Below are positions 1-10,230 of a stretch of 26,268 nucleotides of DNA, piece after piece. The notes under the pieces are model-generated. The model ran no database searches. It saw only the letters and a program-made list of their open reading frames with translations, and was not told the origin of the DNA. The first letter of the stretch is position 1, and each line of letters begins with the position of its first letter. The DNA comes from Bacillales bacterium UBA6414 (lineage in GTDB: Bacteria > Bacillota_I > Bacilli_A > RF39 > UBA660): assembly GCA_002438545.1 (NCBI GenBank), contig DJPK01000060.1, forward strand, positions 1 to 26,268, in the 5' to 3' direction. Made by a program: the position numbers and the translations under genes.

Positions 1-19
1 GAGAACTTTCCTATTTAAT

Positions 20-56
20 AAAAAAAGCATGAATCTATATATAAGAATCATACTTT
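20..56 (-). terminator. Rho-independent terminator after the collagen-like gene
   Basis: Minus strand reads AAAGTATGATTCT-TATATAT-AGATTCATGCTTT followed by a T tract, 22 nt past the stop at 78. Confidence 0.65.
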
Positions 57-77
57 ATTAACTAATAGTTAAATATT

Positions 78-653
<576 letters not shown>

Positions 654-804
654 CTAGTTAATGATTATTCTAATACCCCAACATTACAAAAACAAAACAC
701 ACACTTTACATAAAAATATAAATAAATAATATTAAATGAAATAAATATAAAACGACAAAGAATATGCTAAAATTATATTATAATTATTTAAAAGGAGCAG
801 TAAG

Positions 805-1893
805 ATGAAAATACTAATACTATCATGTAGCACTGGAGGCGGCCATAATACATGTGCCAAATATATCAAAGAAGAACTAACATTAAATAATATTGAAAAT
901 AACTTTGAAGATTTTTATGACATAGTAAATGCTAATGCTAAAGAATTATCTTCAAAACTATATTTATCATCATTATCTGGTGATGGAAAAATATTTAAAA
1001 ATGTCTATAAATTAGGAGAGCTGTACAGTAAAACAGGTATAAAGAGTCCCGTATATTTAGTAAATAAACTACATACAAAAAAACTATATAACTATATAAT
1101 CTCTAATTCATATGATTTAGTAATAACAACTCATCTATTTCCTTCTCTTACTTTAACAGCTATAAATAAATATTGTGAAAAGAAAATACCATTCATAACT
1201 ATTGCCACTGATTATGAACCATGCCCATTTCTAGAAGAAACAAAACCAAATTACTTAATTATGCAAAAATACTTAGAAGATAGATTTATAAATAAAGGAA
1301 TAGAAAAACAAAGATTAATCACAACAGGTATCCCGATATCAACAAACTTTATAAAAAATGCTAAGAATATTAAAAAAGGGTTAAATATTACCAACAAAAA
1401 ATTAATATTAGTAATGTTAGGAAGTATGGGTTTTGGTAATATTAAAGAAATCTTATCAGATCTTCTAGAAATACCTAACATAAAAGTAGCAATCATATGT
1501 GGCACTAATAAAACTCTATATACTGAACTAAACGAATTAAATAATGAAAATCTTATTGTATATGGTTATACCAACAATATTAATGATTTAATATATTCAT
1601 CAGATATCGTATTATCTAAACCAGGTGGATTATCATCAACAGAAATAGCCACTATCGGTAAACCTTTACTACATATATTCCCTATTCCGGGTATTGAAAC
1701 ATATAATACTAACTTTTTTGCAAGTCACAATATGAGTTTAACATGTAATACTAAAGATGAAATAATATCAAATATAAATAAATTACTAAATGATAATACT
1801 CTTGCAGAAGAAATGGTTAAAAATCAGCACAAATACATCAATAAAAACTCTGCTAAAGATTTAATAAGCCTTATTGAGAAAGAATTCAAATAA
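805..1893 (+). CDS. ugtP: UgtP/MGDG-synthase family diacylglycerol glycosyltransferase (GT28-like)
   Basis: Motifs STGGGH, TTHLFP, ATDY, TGIPI and KPGGLSSTE; AAGGAG RBS; 362 aa. Confidence 0.8.
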   Translation: MKILILSCSTGGGHNTCAKYIKEELTLNNIENNFEDFYDIVNANAKELSSKLYLSSLSGDGKIFKNVYKLGELYSKTGIKSPVYLVNKLHTKKLYNYIISNSYDLVITTHLFPSLTLTAINKYCEKKIPFITIATDYEPCPFLEETKPNYLIMQKYLEDRFINKGIEKQRLITTGIPISTNFIKNAKNIKKGLNITNKKLILVMLGSMGFGNIKEILSDLLEIPNIKVAIICGTNKTLYTELNELNNENLIVYGYTNNINDLIYSSDIVLSKPGGLSSTEIATIGKPLLHIFPIPGIETYNTNFFASHNMSLTCNTKDEIISNINKLLNDNTLAEEMVKNQHKYINKNSAKDLISLIEKEFK

Positions 1894-2043
1894 TTTAATA
1901 TACAAATAAACATTTTAAATTGTTTCTTATTAATTACGCATATTCACCAATTATTTTAAATTAGTACCAAAAACATAGGTATCCATTATATCTTATTTAA
2001 CATATAATTAATATAATATAATGAAATGAAAGGCTGGTGAATT

Positions 2044-2208
2044 ATGTACGGTTATGGATATCCAGGATATGGATACGGTGGATACGAAGGTGGAAATTGG
2101 TTATGGATAATAATCGTCGTACTAATTATATTCTTTGTCCTATTCTGGGGAACAAATAATAATCATGAATGTGGTTGTGAACGTCGATGCAACTGCAATA
2201 ACAATTAA
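2044..2208 (+). CDS. Small Gly/Tyr-rich single-TM peptide, YjcZ/SscA-like sporulation family, 54 aa
   Basis: Translated by hand: MYGYGYPGYGYGGYEGGNWLWIIIVVLIIFFVLFWGTNNNHECGCERRCNCNNN*. RBS-like AAGGCTGGTGA upstream and a terminator directly after the stop. Confidence 0.8.
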   Translation: MYGYGYPGYGYGGYEGGNWLWIIIVVLIIFFVLFWGTNNNHECGCERRCNCNNN

Positions 2209-2229
2209 AAGGAGTCATCTCCTTTTTTT
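2207..2229 (+). terminator. Rho-independent terminator (potentially bidirectional)
   Basis: AAAAGGAG-TCAT-CTCCTTTTTTT. Confidence 0.75.
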
Positions 2230-2235
2230 ATACAT

Positions 2236-2264
2236 AAAAAAAATAGACATCACTAGATGCCTAT
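2236..2264 (-). terminator. Terminator after csp
   Basis: Minus strand ATAGGCATC-TAGT-GATGTCTAT followed by a T tract. Confidence 0.75.
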
Positions 2265-2283
2265 GTAATACTTATACTACATA

Positions 2284-2499
2284 CTATCTAACTTTTGTTT
2301 CACTTATTTGGACAACATTAACAGCTTGTAATCCCTTAGGAGTTTCAATTAAATCAAATTCAACACGTTGTCCTTCACTAAGAGTCTTAAACCCATCATG
2401 TTTAATTGCAGAATAATGAACAAATATATCTTCGCCATCCATATGGTCTATAAAGCCATATCCTTTTTCATTGTTAAACCATTTAACATTTCCACACAT
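2284..2499 (-). CDS. csp: Cold-shock domain protein, 71 aa
   Basis: [15 protein letters not shown] (RNP1) and DIFVHYSAI (RNP2). ATG at 2499 follows an AGGAGAGGTG RBS. Confidence 0.95.
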   Translation of the reverse strand: MCGNVKWFNNEKGYGFIDHMDGEDIFVHYSAIKHDGFKTLSEGQRVEFDLIETPKGLQAVNVVQISETKVR

Positions 2500-2526
2500 A
2501 CTAACACCTCTCCTTCTTACAATATA

Positions 2527-2556
2527 ATTATAAAACATTATCTAAGTAATAATCAA
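2527..2556 (-). promoter_or_regulatory. Sigma-A-like promoter of csp
   Basis: TTGATT-N18-TATAAT on the minus strand. Confidence 0.5.
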
Positions 2557-2575
2557 CAAATACAAACTCAAAAAA

Positions 2576-2592
2576 TTCGACATAATTGGACA
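2576..2592 (-). promoter_or_regulatory. Tandem Spo0A-box-like sites
   Basis: Minus strand TGTCCAA-TTA-TGTCGAA: one perfect TGNCGAA and one single-mismatch copy, 3-bp spacer. Confidence 0.45.
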
Positions 2593-2594
2593 CT

Positions 2595-2619
2595 AAAAAA
2601 CAACCCCCTAAGGATTGTT
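2595..2619 (-). terminator. Terminator after parB
   Basis: Minus strand AACAATCCTTAGGGGGTTGTTTTTT (hairpin plus T tract). Confidence 0.7.
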
Positions 2620-2626
2620 ATATACA

Positions 2627-3505
2627 CTAGTTAATCTTTACATCTAGTATTTCTAATATACGTTGTAAATCATTACTATTTTCAAAATATATTTCCATTT
2701 TCTTATTACTAATCTTAACTCTAGTTCCTAAGAAATCTCTAAGATCATTTTCTAGATAGCTGTAATCATTAGCATGACTAGTACGTTGTGTTGGAACTTT
2801 CTTTTTAATATCAGTATTTGTTGATAACTTTTCCAAATCTCTAACACTTAAATTTTCATTAACAACACGATTTGCCAACTCAGATATTTTACTATCATCT
2901 TCAATCTTACTAAGTACTCTCGCATGTCCCATAGAAAGTTTATTATCTAATATCATATTTTGAACATCTTCTGGAAGTCTAAGTAAACCTATCATATTAG
3001 TAATATGACTTCTACTCTTACCAAGTTTACTAGCTAAGTCTTCTTGTCTAATATGCATACTATCAATAATACCTTTATAAGCCCATGCTAACTCAATAGC
3101 GCTTAAATTCTCTCTTTGTAAATTCTCAAGAAGTGCTATCTCACGCATCATCTCATCAGAAAATTCTTTAACAATTGCTGGAATAGTAGATAAACCAGCC
3201 ATCTTAGAAGCTCTTAATCTTCTCTCACCTGCAACTAAATCATAACCCTTAATACTAGGTTTAACAATAATTGGTTGAAAAACACCATAGTTCTTAATAG
3301 ATTCTGCTAATTCCTCTAAAGCTTCTTGGTTGAATGTTTTTCTAGGCTGATAAGGATTAGTTCTAATCTCATCAACAGGAATTTCTCTAATATCAGATTC
3401 CTTAGTAGTCTCTAAAATACTACTTTCAAATGAATCAAAATCTAATACTTCACTATTAAATAATTGTTCAAGTCCCTTACCTAACGCTTTCTTCTTTTGT
3501 TCCAT
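2627..3505 (-). CDS. parB: Chromosome partitioning protein ParB/Spo0J
   Basis: KALGKGLEQLF N-terminus, NPYQPRK, GERRLRA box, LENLQRENL, HTH ending SMGHAR. Confidence 0.95.
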   Translation of the reverse strand: MEQKKKALGKGLEQLFNSEVLDFDSFESSILETTKESDIREIPVDEIRTNPYQPRKTFNQEALEELAESIKNYGVFQPIIVKPSIKGYDLVAGERRLRASKMAGLSTIPAIVKEFSDEMMREIALLENLQRENLSAIELAWAYKGIIDSMHIRQEDLASKLGKSRSHITNMIGLLRLPEDVQNMILDNKLSMGHARVLSKIEDDSKISELANRVVNENLSVRDLEKLSTNTDIKKKVPTQRTSHANDYSYLENDLRDFLGTRVKISNKKMEIYFENSNDLQRILEILDVKIN

Positions 3506-4292
3506 TTCTCGCTATTACCTCCTTAGCTAAATTCAAATAAGCAAGTGTCCCTCTACTCCTAGGTTCATACTCTAATATTGGCTTACCATGTGAAGGTGCC
3601 TCTGCTAAACGTATTAATCTAGGAATAATTGTATCATAAACTCTTTCTTTAAAGAAACCTTTAATACTTTCAACAACCTCAAGACCCAAATTAGTATTAG
3701 AAGTCAACATTGTAAGAAGAACTCCTTCTATATCTAAATCAGGATTAACTTTCTTCTGGGCTAACATAATTGTATTAATTAACTGCATTATTCCCTCTAA
3801 TGCAAAATACTCACATTGAACAGGAATAAGCACACTATTAGCAGCACATAAAGCATTAGTAGTAAGAATACCTAAAGAAGGTGGACAATCAATAATAATG
3901 TAATCATACTTATCACTAACTAAACTTAATTCTTCTTTAAGTCTACTAACTCTATTAAGTCTTTCACCTTTCTCACGATATATTCTTTCTAACTCAATTA
4001 ATTCCATTTCAACACCAGCTAAATTTAAATAAGCCGGTATAATACTTAAATTCTTACTTTTAGTCTTAATAATAGCTGAATTAATATCACATTTCTTAAC
4101 TAACACTTCATAAATACTATTATCAATACTACCCTTATCAACACCAACTCCAGTAGTAGCATTACCCTGAGGATCTAAATCAACAATTAATACTTTTTTA
4201 CCTAAAATACCTAAGGAAGCAGATAAATTTATACTAGTAGTAGTTTTCCCAACTCCACCTTTTTGATTAACAACTGCTATAATCTTCCCCAT
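3477..4292 (-). CDS. soj: ParA/Soj ATPase
   Basis: NQKGGVGKTT deviant Walker A, DLDPQGN, IDCPPSLG, EAPSHG. Start MGKII at 4292 follows AAGGTG. Confidence 0.95.
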   Translation of the reverse strand: MGKIIAVVNQKGGVGKTTTSINLSASLGILGKKVLIVDLDPQGNATTGVGVDKGSIDNSIYEVLVKKCDINSAIIKTKSKNLSIIPAYLNLAGVEMELIELERIYREKGERLNRVSRLKEELSLVSDKYDYIIIDCPPSLGILTTNALCAANSVLIPVQCEYFALEGIMQLINTIMLAQKKVNPDLDIEGVLLTMLTSNTNLGLEVVESIKGFFKERVYDTIIPRLIRLAEAPSHGKPILEYEPRSRGTLAYLNLAKEVIARNGTKEESVR

Positions 4293-4442
4293 ACAATTCA
4301 CCTTATTTCCTACATTTATCATTGTACCAAAAAAACACCAAAAAATAAATACTTAAATCAAAATAAGTAAACAATCTGTAATATATTCACCATCTAATTA
4401 AACATATTAATAGTAAACAAAAATAACTACATGGTAATTTTC

Positions 4443-4471
4443 TTGCTTTTATTATACAAAAATTATATAAT
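4443..4471 (+). promoter_or_regulatory. Sigma-A-like promoter of tilS
   Basis: TTGCTT-N17-TATAAT. Confidence 0.6.
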
Positions 4472-4493
4472 AATTGTAAGAAAAGGAGGTTAT

Positions 4494-5819
4494 ATGGAAC
4501 TTAAAAATTATCATGGCTTAATTGACAATGATACTATTGTTGTTGGTTGTTCAGCTGGTCCTGACTCAATGTGTCTTCTCCACCTATTAAAAGGAAAAAC
4601 TAATTATAATATTATCTGTTGTCATATAAATCACAATGTTCGAAAACAAAGCATTGAAGAAAAAGAATATTTAAAGAAATATTGTCAAGAAAATAACATA
4701 ACCTTCGAGTGCTATAAAATAACAAACTGGCAAGAAAATAACTTTGAAAATGAAGCCAGAAAAAAAAGATATAAATTTTATGAAGAAATATTAAATAAAT
4801 ATCATACTAAATATCTTTTCTTAGCGCACCATGGTGATGATTTAATCGAAACTGTTCTTATGAAAATAAGTAGAGGTTCTAACATTGAAGGCTATCTAGG
4901 TATAAAAGAAGTATCTTATAACCACAAATACTATATAATAAGACCTCTTCTCTATTATACTAAAGAAGATATTATCAAATATAATCAAGACCACAACATA
5001 AAATATTATATTGATAATACTAACACCGATACTAATTATACAAGAAATAGATATCGTAAAAATATTTTACCCCTTCTCAAAAAAGAAGATAAAGATATTC
5101 ACAAAAAATACTTAACTTACTCTAAAATACTAGAAGAATATGATAACTATATTAAAAGGTATATAACTAGTATCCTACCTAATATATATATTGATGACTA
5201 TGTCTTAATAGATAAGTTTAATTTAGAAGATATCTTTATTAGAAGAAATATTCTATATACGATAATAAACAACATATATGATAATAAACCAAATAACATA
5301 ACAGATAATCATATAAAACAGATACTAAGTATTATTAATAGTACAAAACCTAATCAAACTATTAACCTACCTAATAATAAACTAGTTAAAAAAGAATATA
5401 ACAAACTATATTTTATTGATAATACTTCTAAATCCATTAACTATAACATATTACTAGAGAACACTATAACTATAAATAACTTTACTATATCAAAAATAGG
5501 CAAAGAAATTAGTAAAAGTAATTATATAATAAGATTAAATAGTAAAGATATAGCATTACCTCTATATATAAGGAATAGAAAAGAAGGAGATTATATTGAA
5601 TTAAAAGGACTAAATGGTAAGAAGAAAATAAAAGATATCTTCATTAATGAAAAAATACCTGCATCTCTTAGAGATAGTTATCCCCTACTAGTAAACAGTA
5701 AAGACCAAATACTATGGGTTCCAGGACTTAAGAAATCTAAATATGATGTTGAAAATAATGAAAAATATGATATAATACTAAAGTGTTATCACAGAAAGGA
5801 AGATAAATATGAATCGTAA
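4494..5819 (+). CDS. tilS: tRNA(Ile)-lysidine synthase
   Basis: CSAGPDS PP-loop, AHHGDDLIET, IIRPLL, YTRNRYR and a TilS C-terminal domain. ATG at 4494 follows AAGGAGG. Confidence 0.95.
   Translation: MELKNYHGLIDNDTIVVGCSAGPDSMCLLHLLKGKTNYNIICCHINHNVRKQSIEEKEYLKKYCQENNITFECYKITNWQENNFENEARKKRYKFYEEILNKYHTKYLFLAHHGDDLIETVLMKISRGSNIEGYLGIKEVSYNHKYYIIRPLLYYTKEDIIKYNQDHNIKYYIDNTNTDTNYTRNRYRKNILPLLKKEDKDIHKKYLTYSKILEEYDNYIKRYITSILPNIYIDDYVLIDKFNLEDIFIRRNILYTIINNIYDNKPNNITDNHIKQILSIINSTKPNQTINLPNNKLVKKEYNKLYFIDNTSKSINYNILLENTITINNFTISKIGKEISKSNYIIRLNSKDIALPLYIRNRKEGDYIELKGLNGKKKIKDIFINEKIPASLRDSYPLLVNSKDQILWVPGLKKSKYDVENNEKYDIILKCYHRKEDKYES
5749..5776 (+). promoter_or_regulatory. Internal sigma-A promoter for ftsH inside the tilS 3' end
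   Basis: TTGAAA-N16-TATAAT with an extended TG. Confidence 0.5.
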
Positions 5820-7731
5820 GAAAAATAATATAAATAAAGGACTAGTTCCATATGTTTTGTTACTATTATTTATAGTAGGATGTTTACTATTTGCTAATGG
5901 TATGAAAAATAAAGTAAATGAATTTACATATAATGAATTTACTGACTATTTAGACAAAGGAGAAATATCTGAATTAAGAATAGTACCAAAAGTAAATACA
6001 CAAAACTATGAAATAACAGGTAAATTAAAAAGTTATGATGAATATGAAAGTTTTAAATTGTATTTACCAAAATCAGATGAAGTATTATCAGTAATACTAA
6101 ATGCTGAAGAGAGTAATACGTTTAAACTAGAAGTAGTAAATGACCCTGAAGCATCATCTGTCTTTACAATATTAATTGAATATATACCAATGATATTACT
6201 AGGTGGCGTTATAATATGGTTATTTACTAGACAAATAGGTTCAGGTGGAAAGTCTATGGACTTTGGACGTAGTAGAGCCAAAAGAATGGATACTAAACCT
6301 ACAACAACCTTCAAAGATGTTGCCGGATGTACAGAAGAAAAAGAAGAAGTACAAGAATTAATTGATTTCTTAAAGAACCCTAAGAAATTTCAAAGTATGG
6401 GAGCAAGAATTCCAAAAGGTATCTTATTAGTAGGTCCTCCAGGAACAGGTAAAACAATGCTTGCAAGAGCCGTAGCCGGAGAAGCTAAAGTACCATTCTA
6501 CTATATCAGTGGATCAGACTTCGTCGAATTATTCGTTGGTATTGGTGCTTCACGTGTACGTGATATGTTCCAAACTGCTAAAATGAATGCTCCATGTTTA
6601 ATATTTATTGATGAAATAGATGCTGTTGGAAGACAAAGAGGAACAGGACTTGGTGGTGGACACGATGAAAGAGAACAAACATTAAACCAATTACTAACTG
6701 AAATGGATGGCTTTGGTGCTAACGAAGGAATAATAATTATCGCTGCCACAAATAGACCTGACGTTCTAGACCCTGCTCTATTAAGACCAGGAAGATTTGA
6801 TAGACAAATTACTGTCGCTCTACCTGATAAAAAAGCCCGTGAAGAGATCTTAAGAGTACATTCAAGAAACAAAAAACTTGCTAAAAATGTTACATTAGAT
6901 TATCTAGCTAAAAGAACTCCAGGATTTAGTGGTGCTGACCTAGAAAACTTACTTAATGAAGCAGCTTTACTAGCCGTAAGAAGAAATAAAAAAGAAATAA
7001 CAATGAACGAAATTGATGAAGCAACTGACCGTGTTCTTATGGGACCTGCTAAAGTAACTAAGAAATATACTGACAAAGAAAAGAAATTAGTAGCATACCA
7101 TGAAGCCGGACACGCTGTTCTAGGAATTAAACTAGATGGTGCCAACGACGTTCAAAAAATAACAATTATCCCAAGAGGCCATGCCGGCGGATATACAATG
7201 ATGACTCCAAAAGAAGAATCATTTAACTATACTAAAAATGAATTACTAGAATCTATTTGTGGATTACTTGGTGGACGTGTAGCTGAAGAAGTAATCTTCG
7301 GAGAAATAACAACCGGCGCTCACGATGACTTTAGAAAAGCTACAAAAATAGCTAGAAAAATGGTTACTGAATATGGTATGAGTAATTTAGGTCCTATGAT
7401 GTTAGAAGAACCTGATGAAAATACATTCTTAGGTAGAGACTATACTAAGAATAGAAATATCTCTGACACCGTAGCGCATGAAATAGATGAAGAAATGCGT
7501 AATATCATTTCATCATGCTATGAGAAAACTAAAGAAATAATAAAATCTAATAGAAAATTATTAGACTTAATTGCTAATACACTATTAGAAGAAGAAACAA
7601 TTACTAAAGAACAAATTGACTATTTAGTAGAAAATGGCCATTTACCTGATGCTAAAGAAGAAAAAGCAAAAGATAATGAAAAAACAAAAGAAACTAAAGA
7701 AGTCAAAGTTAATAAAGAATCTAGTAAATAA
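5809..7731 (+). CDS. ftsH: ATP-dependent zinc metalloprotease FtsH
   Basis: Two TM helices, [33 protein letters not shown]. Confidence 0.98.
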   Translation: MNRKKNNINKGLVPYVLLLLFIVGCLLFANGMKNKVNEFTYNEFTDYLDKGEISELRIVPKVNTQNYEITGKLKSYDEYESFKLYLPKSDEVLSVILNAEESNTFKLEVVNDPEASSVFTILIEYIPMILLGGVIIWLFTRQIGSGGKSMDFGRSRAKRMDTKPTTTFKDVAGCTEEKEEVQELIDFLKNPKKFQSMGARIPKGILLVGPPGTGKTMLARAVAGEAKVPFYYISGSDFVELFVGIGASRVRDMFQTAKMNAPCLIFIDEIDAVGRQRGTGLGGGHDEREQTLNQLLTEMDGFGANEGIIIIAATNRPDVLDPALLRPGRFDRQITVALPDKKAREEILRVHSRNKKLAKNVTLDYLAKRTPGFSGADLENLLNEAALLAVRRNKKEITMNEIDEATDRVLMGPAKVTKKYTDKEKKLVAYHEAGHAVLGIKLDGANDVQKITIIPRGHAGGYTMMTPKEESFNYTKNELLESICGLLGGRVAEEVIFGEITTGAHDDFRKATKIARKMVTEYGMSNLGPMMLEEPDENTFLGRDYTKNRNISDTVAHEIDEEMRNIISSCYEKTKEIIKSNRKLLDLIANTLLEEETITKEQIDYLVENGHLPDAKEEKAKDNEKTKETKEVKVNKESSK

Positions 7732-7733
7732 AC

Positions 7734-7766
7734 AAAAAAGACATTTCAATTACGAAATGTTTTTTT
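7734..7766. terminator. Bidirectional terminator between convergent ftsH and divIC
   Basis: AAAAAAGACATTTC-AATTAC-GAAATGTTTTTTT. Confidence 0.75.
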
Positions 7767-8070
7767 AATTTAATCTAAGTATTATCTCTCCATCTTTAGA
7801 ATATAAATACTTCTCTCTTACATATTTAGCAATATAATCAGGATCTTCTAATTTACGAATATCTAATTCTAATTCTTCTTTTTCCTCATCTAACTTAACA
7901 ATCTTTTCTTGTAAATTAACTTTCTGATTCTTCATATCAATTATTTTTAATACATTACATAAACAATTATACCCTAACATAGAAACAACAACTAAAATTA
8001 TTATAACTGTAAAAAATACACGAATCTTTGCCACAATTGACATTTTTCTCTTTTTTACAACCTTAGCCAT
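7765..8070 (-). CDS. divIC: Septum formation initiator DivIC/FtsB
   Basis: Basic N-terminus, TM, coiled coil, LEDPDYIAKYVREKYLYSKDGE; follows yabPQ as in B. subtilis. Confidence 0.9.
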   Translation of the reverse strand: MAKVVKKRKMSIVAKIRVFFTVIIILVVVSMLGYNCLCNVLKIIDMKNQKVNLQEKIVKLDEEKEELELDIRKLEDPDYIAKYVREKYLYSKDGEIILRLN

Positions 8071-8179
8071 CATTATCACCTACCCTATTATATACTTACT
8101 TATAGTAAGTATATCACATAATTATTTTAGATAACAATATATTAACCCAAATTAATTTACAAAATATTTATTATGTAAA

Positions 8180-8458
8180 CTACTTTTTCTTAAATAACTT
8201 AAGCTTAATAAAATATGCTAATATATAACCCAATATAATACTAAGTAAAAAGTATATATGTACAATCCCATTATTAATTCTAATAAGAATAATAAAATAT
8301 AATAATGTATTTACTAATAAAAACAATAAAGAATAAATTATCTTAATAAATAACTTAGATTCATATACTATTTTATAATTAACCTCTAATAAAGCATAAA
8401 AAATTATTCCATAAAGAAAAGAATATAATATAGAATATATCTGTATCTTTAAAATCAT
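8180..8458 (-). CDS. yabQ: Spore cortex biosynthesis protein YabQ (short, membrane part only)
   Basis: Three hydrophobic segments, NNGIVHIYFLLSIILG motif, ATGA overlap with yabP. Confidence 0.75.
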   Translation of the reverse strand: MILKIQIYSILYSFLYGIIFYALLEVNYKIVYESKLFIKIIYSLLFLLVNTLLYFIILIRINNGIVHIYFLLSIILGYILAYFIKLKLFKKK

Positions 8459-8748
8459 TTAAATAATTTAGTAATAAATGAATTATCCTTATCTTTTTTT
8501 ACATTACTATCTAAGTAGCATAAACTATCTATTCTTCCCTTTATTGAAACATTACCTTGATAAGTATCTAACTTAATAATTTCTAACTCATCACCCTTAA
8601 TAATTAAATAACCAAGTGTTGTTTCTAGCATAAATTCCTCATTATCAAAACTATCTATTTTCTTTACTCCAGTAATAATAATATTCTTTCTCTCACTAAT
8701 TGAAATACCATGATTAAATGTAGTATCTATTTCTTTAACATTTTCCAT
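8455..8748 (-). CDS. yabP: Sporulation protein YabP
   Basis: ITGVKKIDSFDNEEFMLETTLGYLIIKG...SFITKLFK. ATG at 8748 follows AGGAGG. Confidence 0.92.
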   Translation of the reverse strand: MENVKEIDTTFNHGISISERKNIIITGVKKIDSFDNEEFMLETTLGYLIIKGDELEIIKLDTYQGNVSIKGRIDSLCYLDSNVKKDKDNSFITKLFK

Positions 8749-8765
8749 CTTTATGCCTCCTAATA

Positions 8766-8794
8766 AATATATGTTAAAAATAATAAAAATATAC
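8766..8794 (-). promoter_or_regulatory. Sigma-E-like promoter of yabPQ
   Basis: GTATA-N16-CATATATT. yabP is sigma-E dependent in B. subtilis. Confidence 0.6.
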
Positions 8795-8819
8795 AAAAAA
8801 TAGACTCAATCAGAGTCTA
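8795..8819 (-). terminator. Terminator after spoVG
   Basis: TAGACTC-TGATT-GAGTCTA-TTTTTT. Confidence 0.75.
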
Positions 8820-9074
8820 TTCAGCTTCTTCATATGCTTTTAATATAGCTTTTTCAAACATTTGACGTGTTTCAGCATTAATAGGATGAGCAATATCTCT
8901 ATATCCACCAGTAGCAACTTGTCTACTAGGCATAGCGATAAATAAACCATTATCACCTTCAATTATTCTTATATCATGTACTGCAAAGCAATCATCAATA
9001 AGAACAGAAGCAATTCCTTTCATACGTGAATTTTCTTTTTCAATCTTACGAACTGTTACTGAAGTAATCTTCAT
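8817..9074 (-). CDS. spoVG: Septation regulator SpoVG
   Basis: [22 protein letters not shown]...YRDIAHPIN. Confidence 0.97.
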   Translation of the reverse strand: MKITSVTVRKIEKENSRMKGIASVLIDDCFAVHDIRIIEGDNGLFIAMPSRQVATGGYRDIAHPINAETRQMFEKAILKAYEEAE

Positions 9075-9114
9075 TATGTTATCTCTCCTTCTAGAAAATA
9101 CCTTTTCTAATTAC

Positions 9115-9144
9115 ATTTTAGTATATACAATATGTAAAAGTCAA
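9115..9144 (-). promoter_or_regulatory. Sigma-A-like promoter of spoVG
   Basis: TTGACT-N18-TAAAAT. Confidence 0.5.
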
Positions 9145-9154
9145 TATTTTTTCT

Positions 9155-9385
9155 TTAATTTGACACTTTTTCAAAACACACCTTAATATTCCTAATAAGA
9201 ATATCTCGATAAGTAAAACTTTTTATTGAATTATCAAACTGTCTAATAGTAAAGATATTATTATATAATTTATCTACTATTCCAAAACATTCAACTACTC
9301 TATTACGATTACCATAAGAAATAATTTTAACTACCTCATTAGTATGATTAGATAATTCATTCTTTATTTTTTTTATATTGTACAT
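9155..9385 (-). CDS. veg: Veg family protein, 76 aa
   Basis: GNRNR...GIVDKLYNNIF...SFTYRDIL resembles Veg; lies after yabG; ATG at 9385 follows AGGAGG. Confidence 0.8.
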   Translation of the reverse strand: MYNIKKIKNELSNHTNEVVKIISYGNRNRVVECFGIVDKLYNNIFTIRQFDNSIKSFTYRDILIRNIKVCFEKVSN

Positions 9386-9392
9386 ATACCTC

Positions 9393-10163
9393 CTATTCCC
9401 TAGGATACCCAGTATACATTGTACCCTTTGTAATAATTCCACCCATTCCTGCTGAACCATATTTCGTCTTTTCTAAAATATTAATTAAATCTATATTATT
9501 ATTAATATCTGAAAAAGCCATACAACCCGCTACTATTGCCGGATCTAACGCATGAATATTAATTCTTTTTGGACTAGATGCGAAATTAGCACCAGCTTTA
9601 ATTAATTCTTCATAATCAGACTGACAAGCTCCCGCAATAATAATTAACTTTTGATGTGATTTCTCATACGTACGAGCCGTTTTAACACATTCCACAAAAT
9701 TAGAAGTATTCTTATATTTAGAACCATTCTTTCGCTTACGATAATAAGCATCATGACCCGTAATAACAACAATATCTGGAGTATACTTTTCAAGAAGAGG
9801 CACTATATTACTAGCTAAATCCTCTTCTTTAAAATAAACTCCATATGCTCTTAACTTATTCTTCTTATAAAAGTCTAGACAACTATCTAAATATTCCTTA
9901 TCACCATCTAAATGTAATATCTTCCCCGGTAAATAAAAATACTCACTTCTATTTAACTTTCGATATTCTTCTATTGAAGGAAGAAAAGAATCAATATTCT
10001 CACTACCATCATTATATAATTTTAAATCTTCTTTATAACTATCAGCATATAACCTAACATTAACACCTTTTAAATAATATAAATCTTCATCAATACTAAT
10101 TATCTTAAATACCACATCATTATTATATGAATTTCTCGTTACATAATCACCAATATTAAACAT
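9393..10163 (-). CDS. yabG: Sporulation-specific protease YabG
   Basis: LPGKILHLDGD, VITGHDA, AGACQS, GANFASSPKRINIHALDP. Confidence 0.95.
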   Translation of the reverse strand: MFNIGDYVTRNSYNNDVVFKIISIDEDLYYLKGVNVRLYADSYKEDLKLYNDGSENIDSFLPSIEEYRKLNRSEYFYLPGKILHLDGDKEYLDSCLDFYKKNKLRAYGVYFKEEDLASNIVPLLEKYTPDIVVITGHDAYYRKRKNGSKYKNTSNFVECVKTARTYEKSHQKLIIIAGACQSDYEELIKAGANFASSPKRINIHALDPAIVAGCMAFSDINNNIDLINILEKTKYGSAGMGGIITKGTMYTGYPRE

Positions 10164-10178
10164 ACATTCACCTATCTA

Positions 10179-10206
10179 ATTATATGATTAACTAGCTCAT
10201 ATATGA
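10179..10206 (-). promoter_or_regulatory. Mother-cell (sigma-E/K-like) promoter of yabG
   Basis: TCATA-N15-CATATAAT. Confidence 0.5.
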
Positions 10207-10230
10207 AAAAAAGATTGCATAACACAATCT
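10206..10230 (-). terminator. Terminator after rsmA
   Basis: AGATTGTG-TTA-TGCAATCT-TTTTTT. Confidence 0.7.

Noticed and set aside
6547..6562. parS-like sequence TGCTTCACGTGTACGT in ftsH (also half sites in rsmI)
   Set aside because: Too many mismatches to TGTTNCACGTGAAACA, and explained by the conserved GASRVRD peptide.
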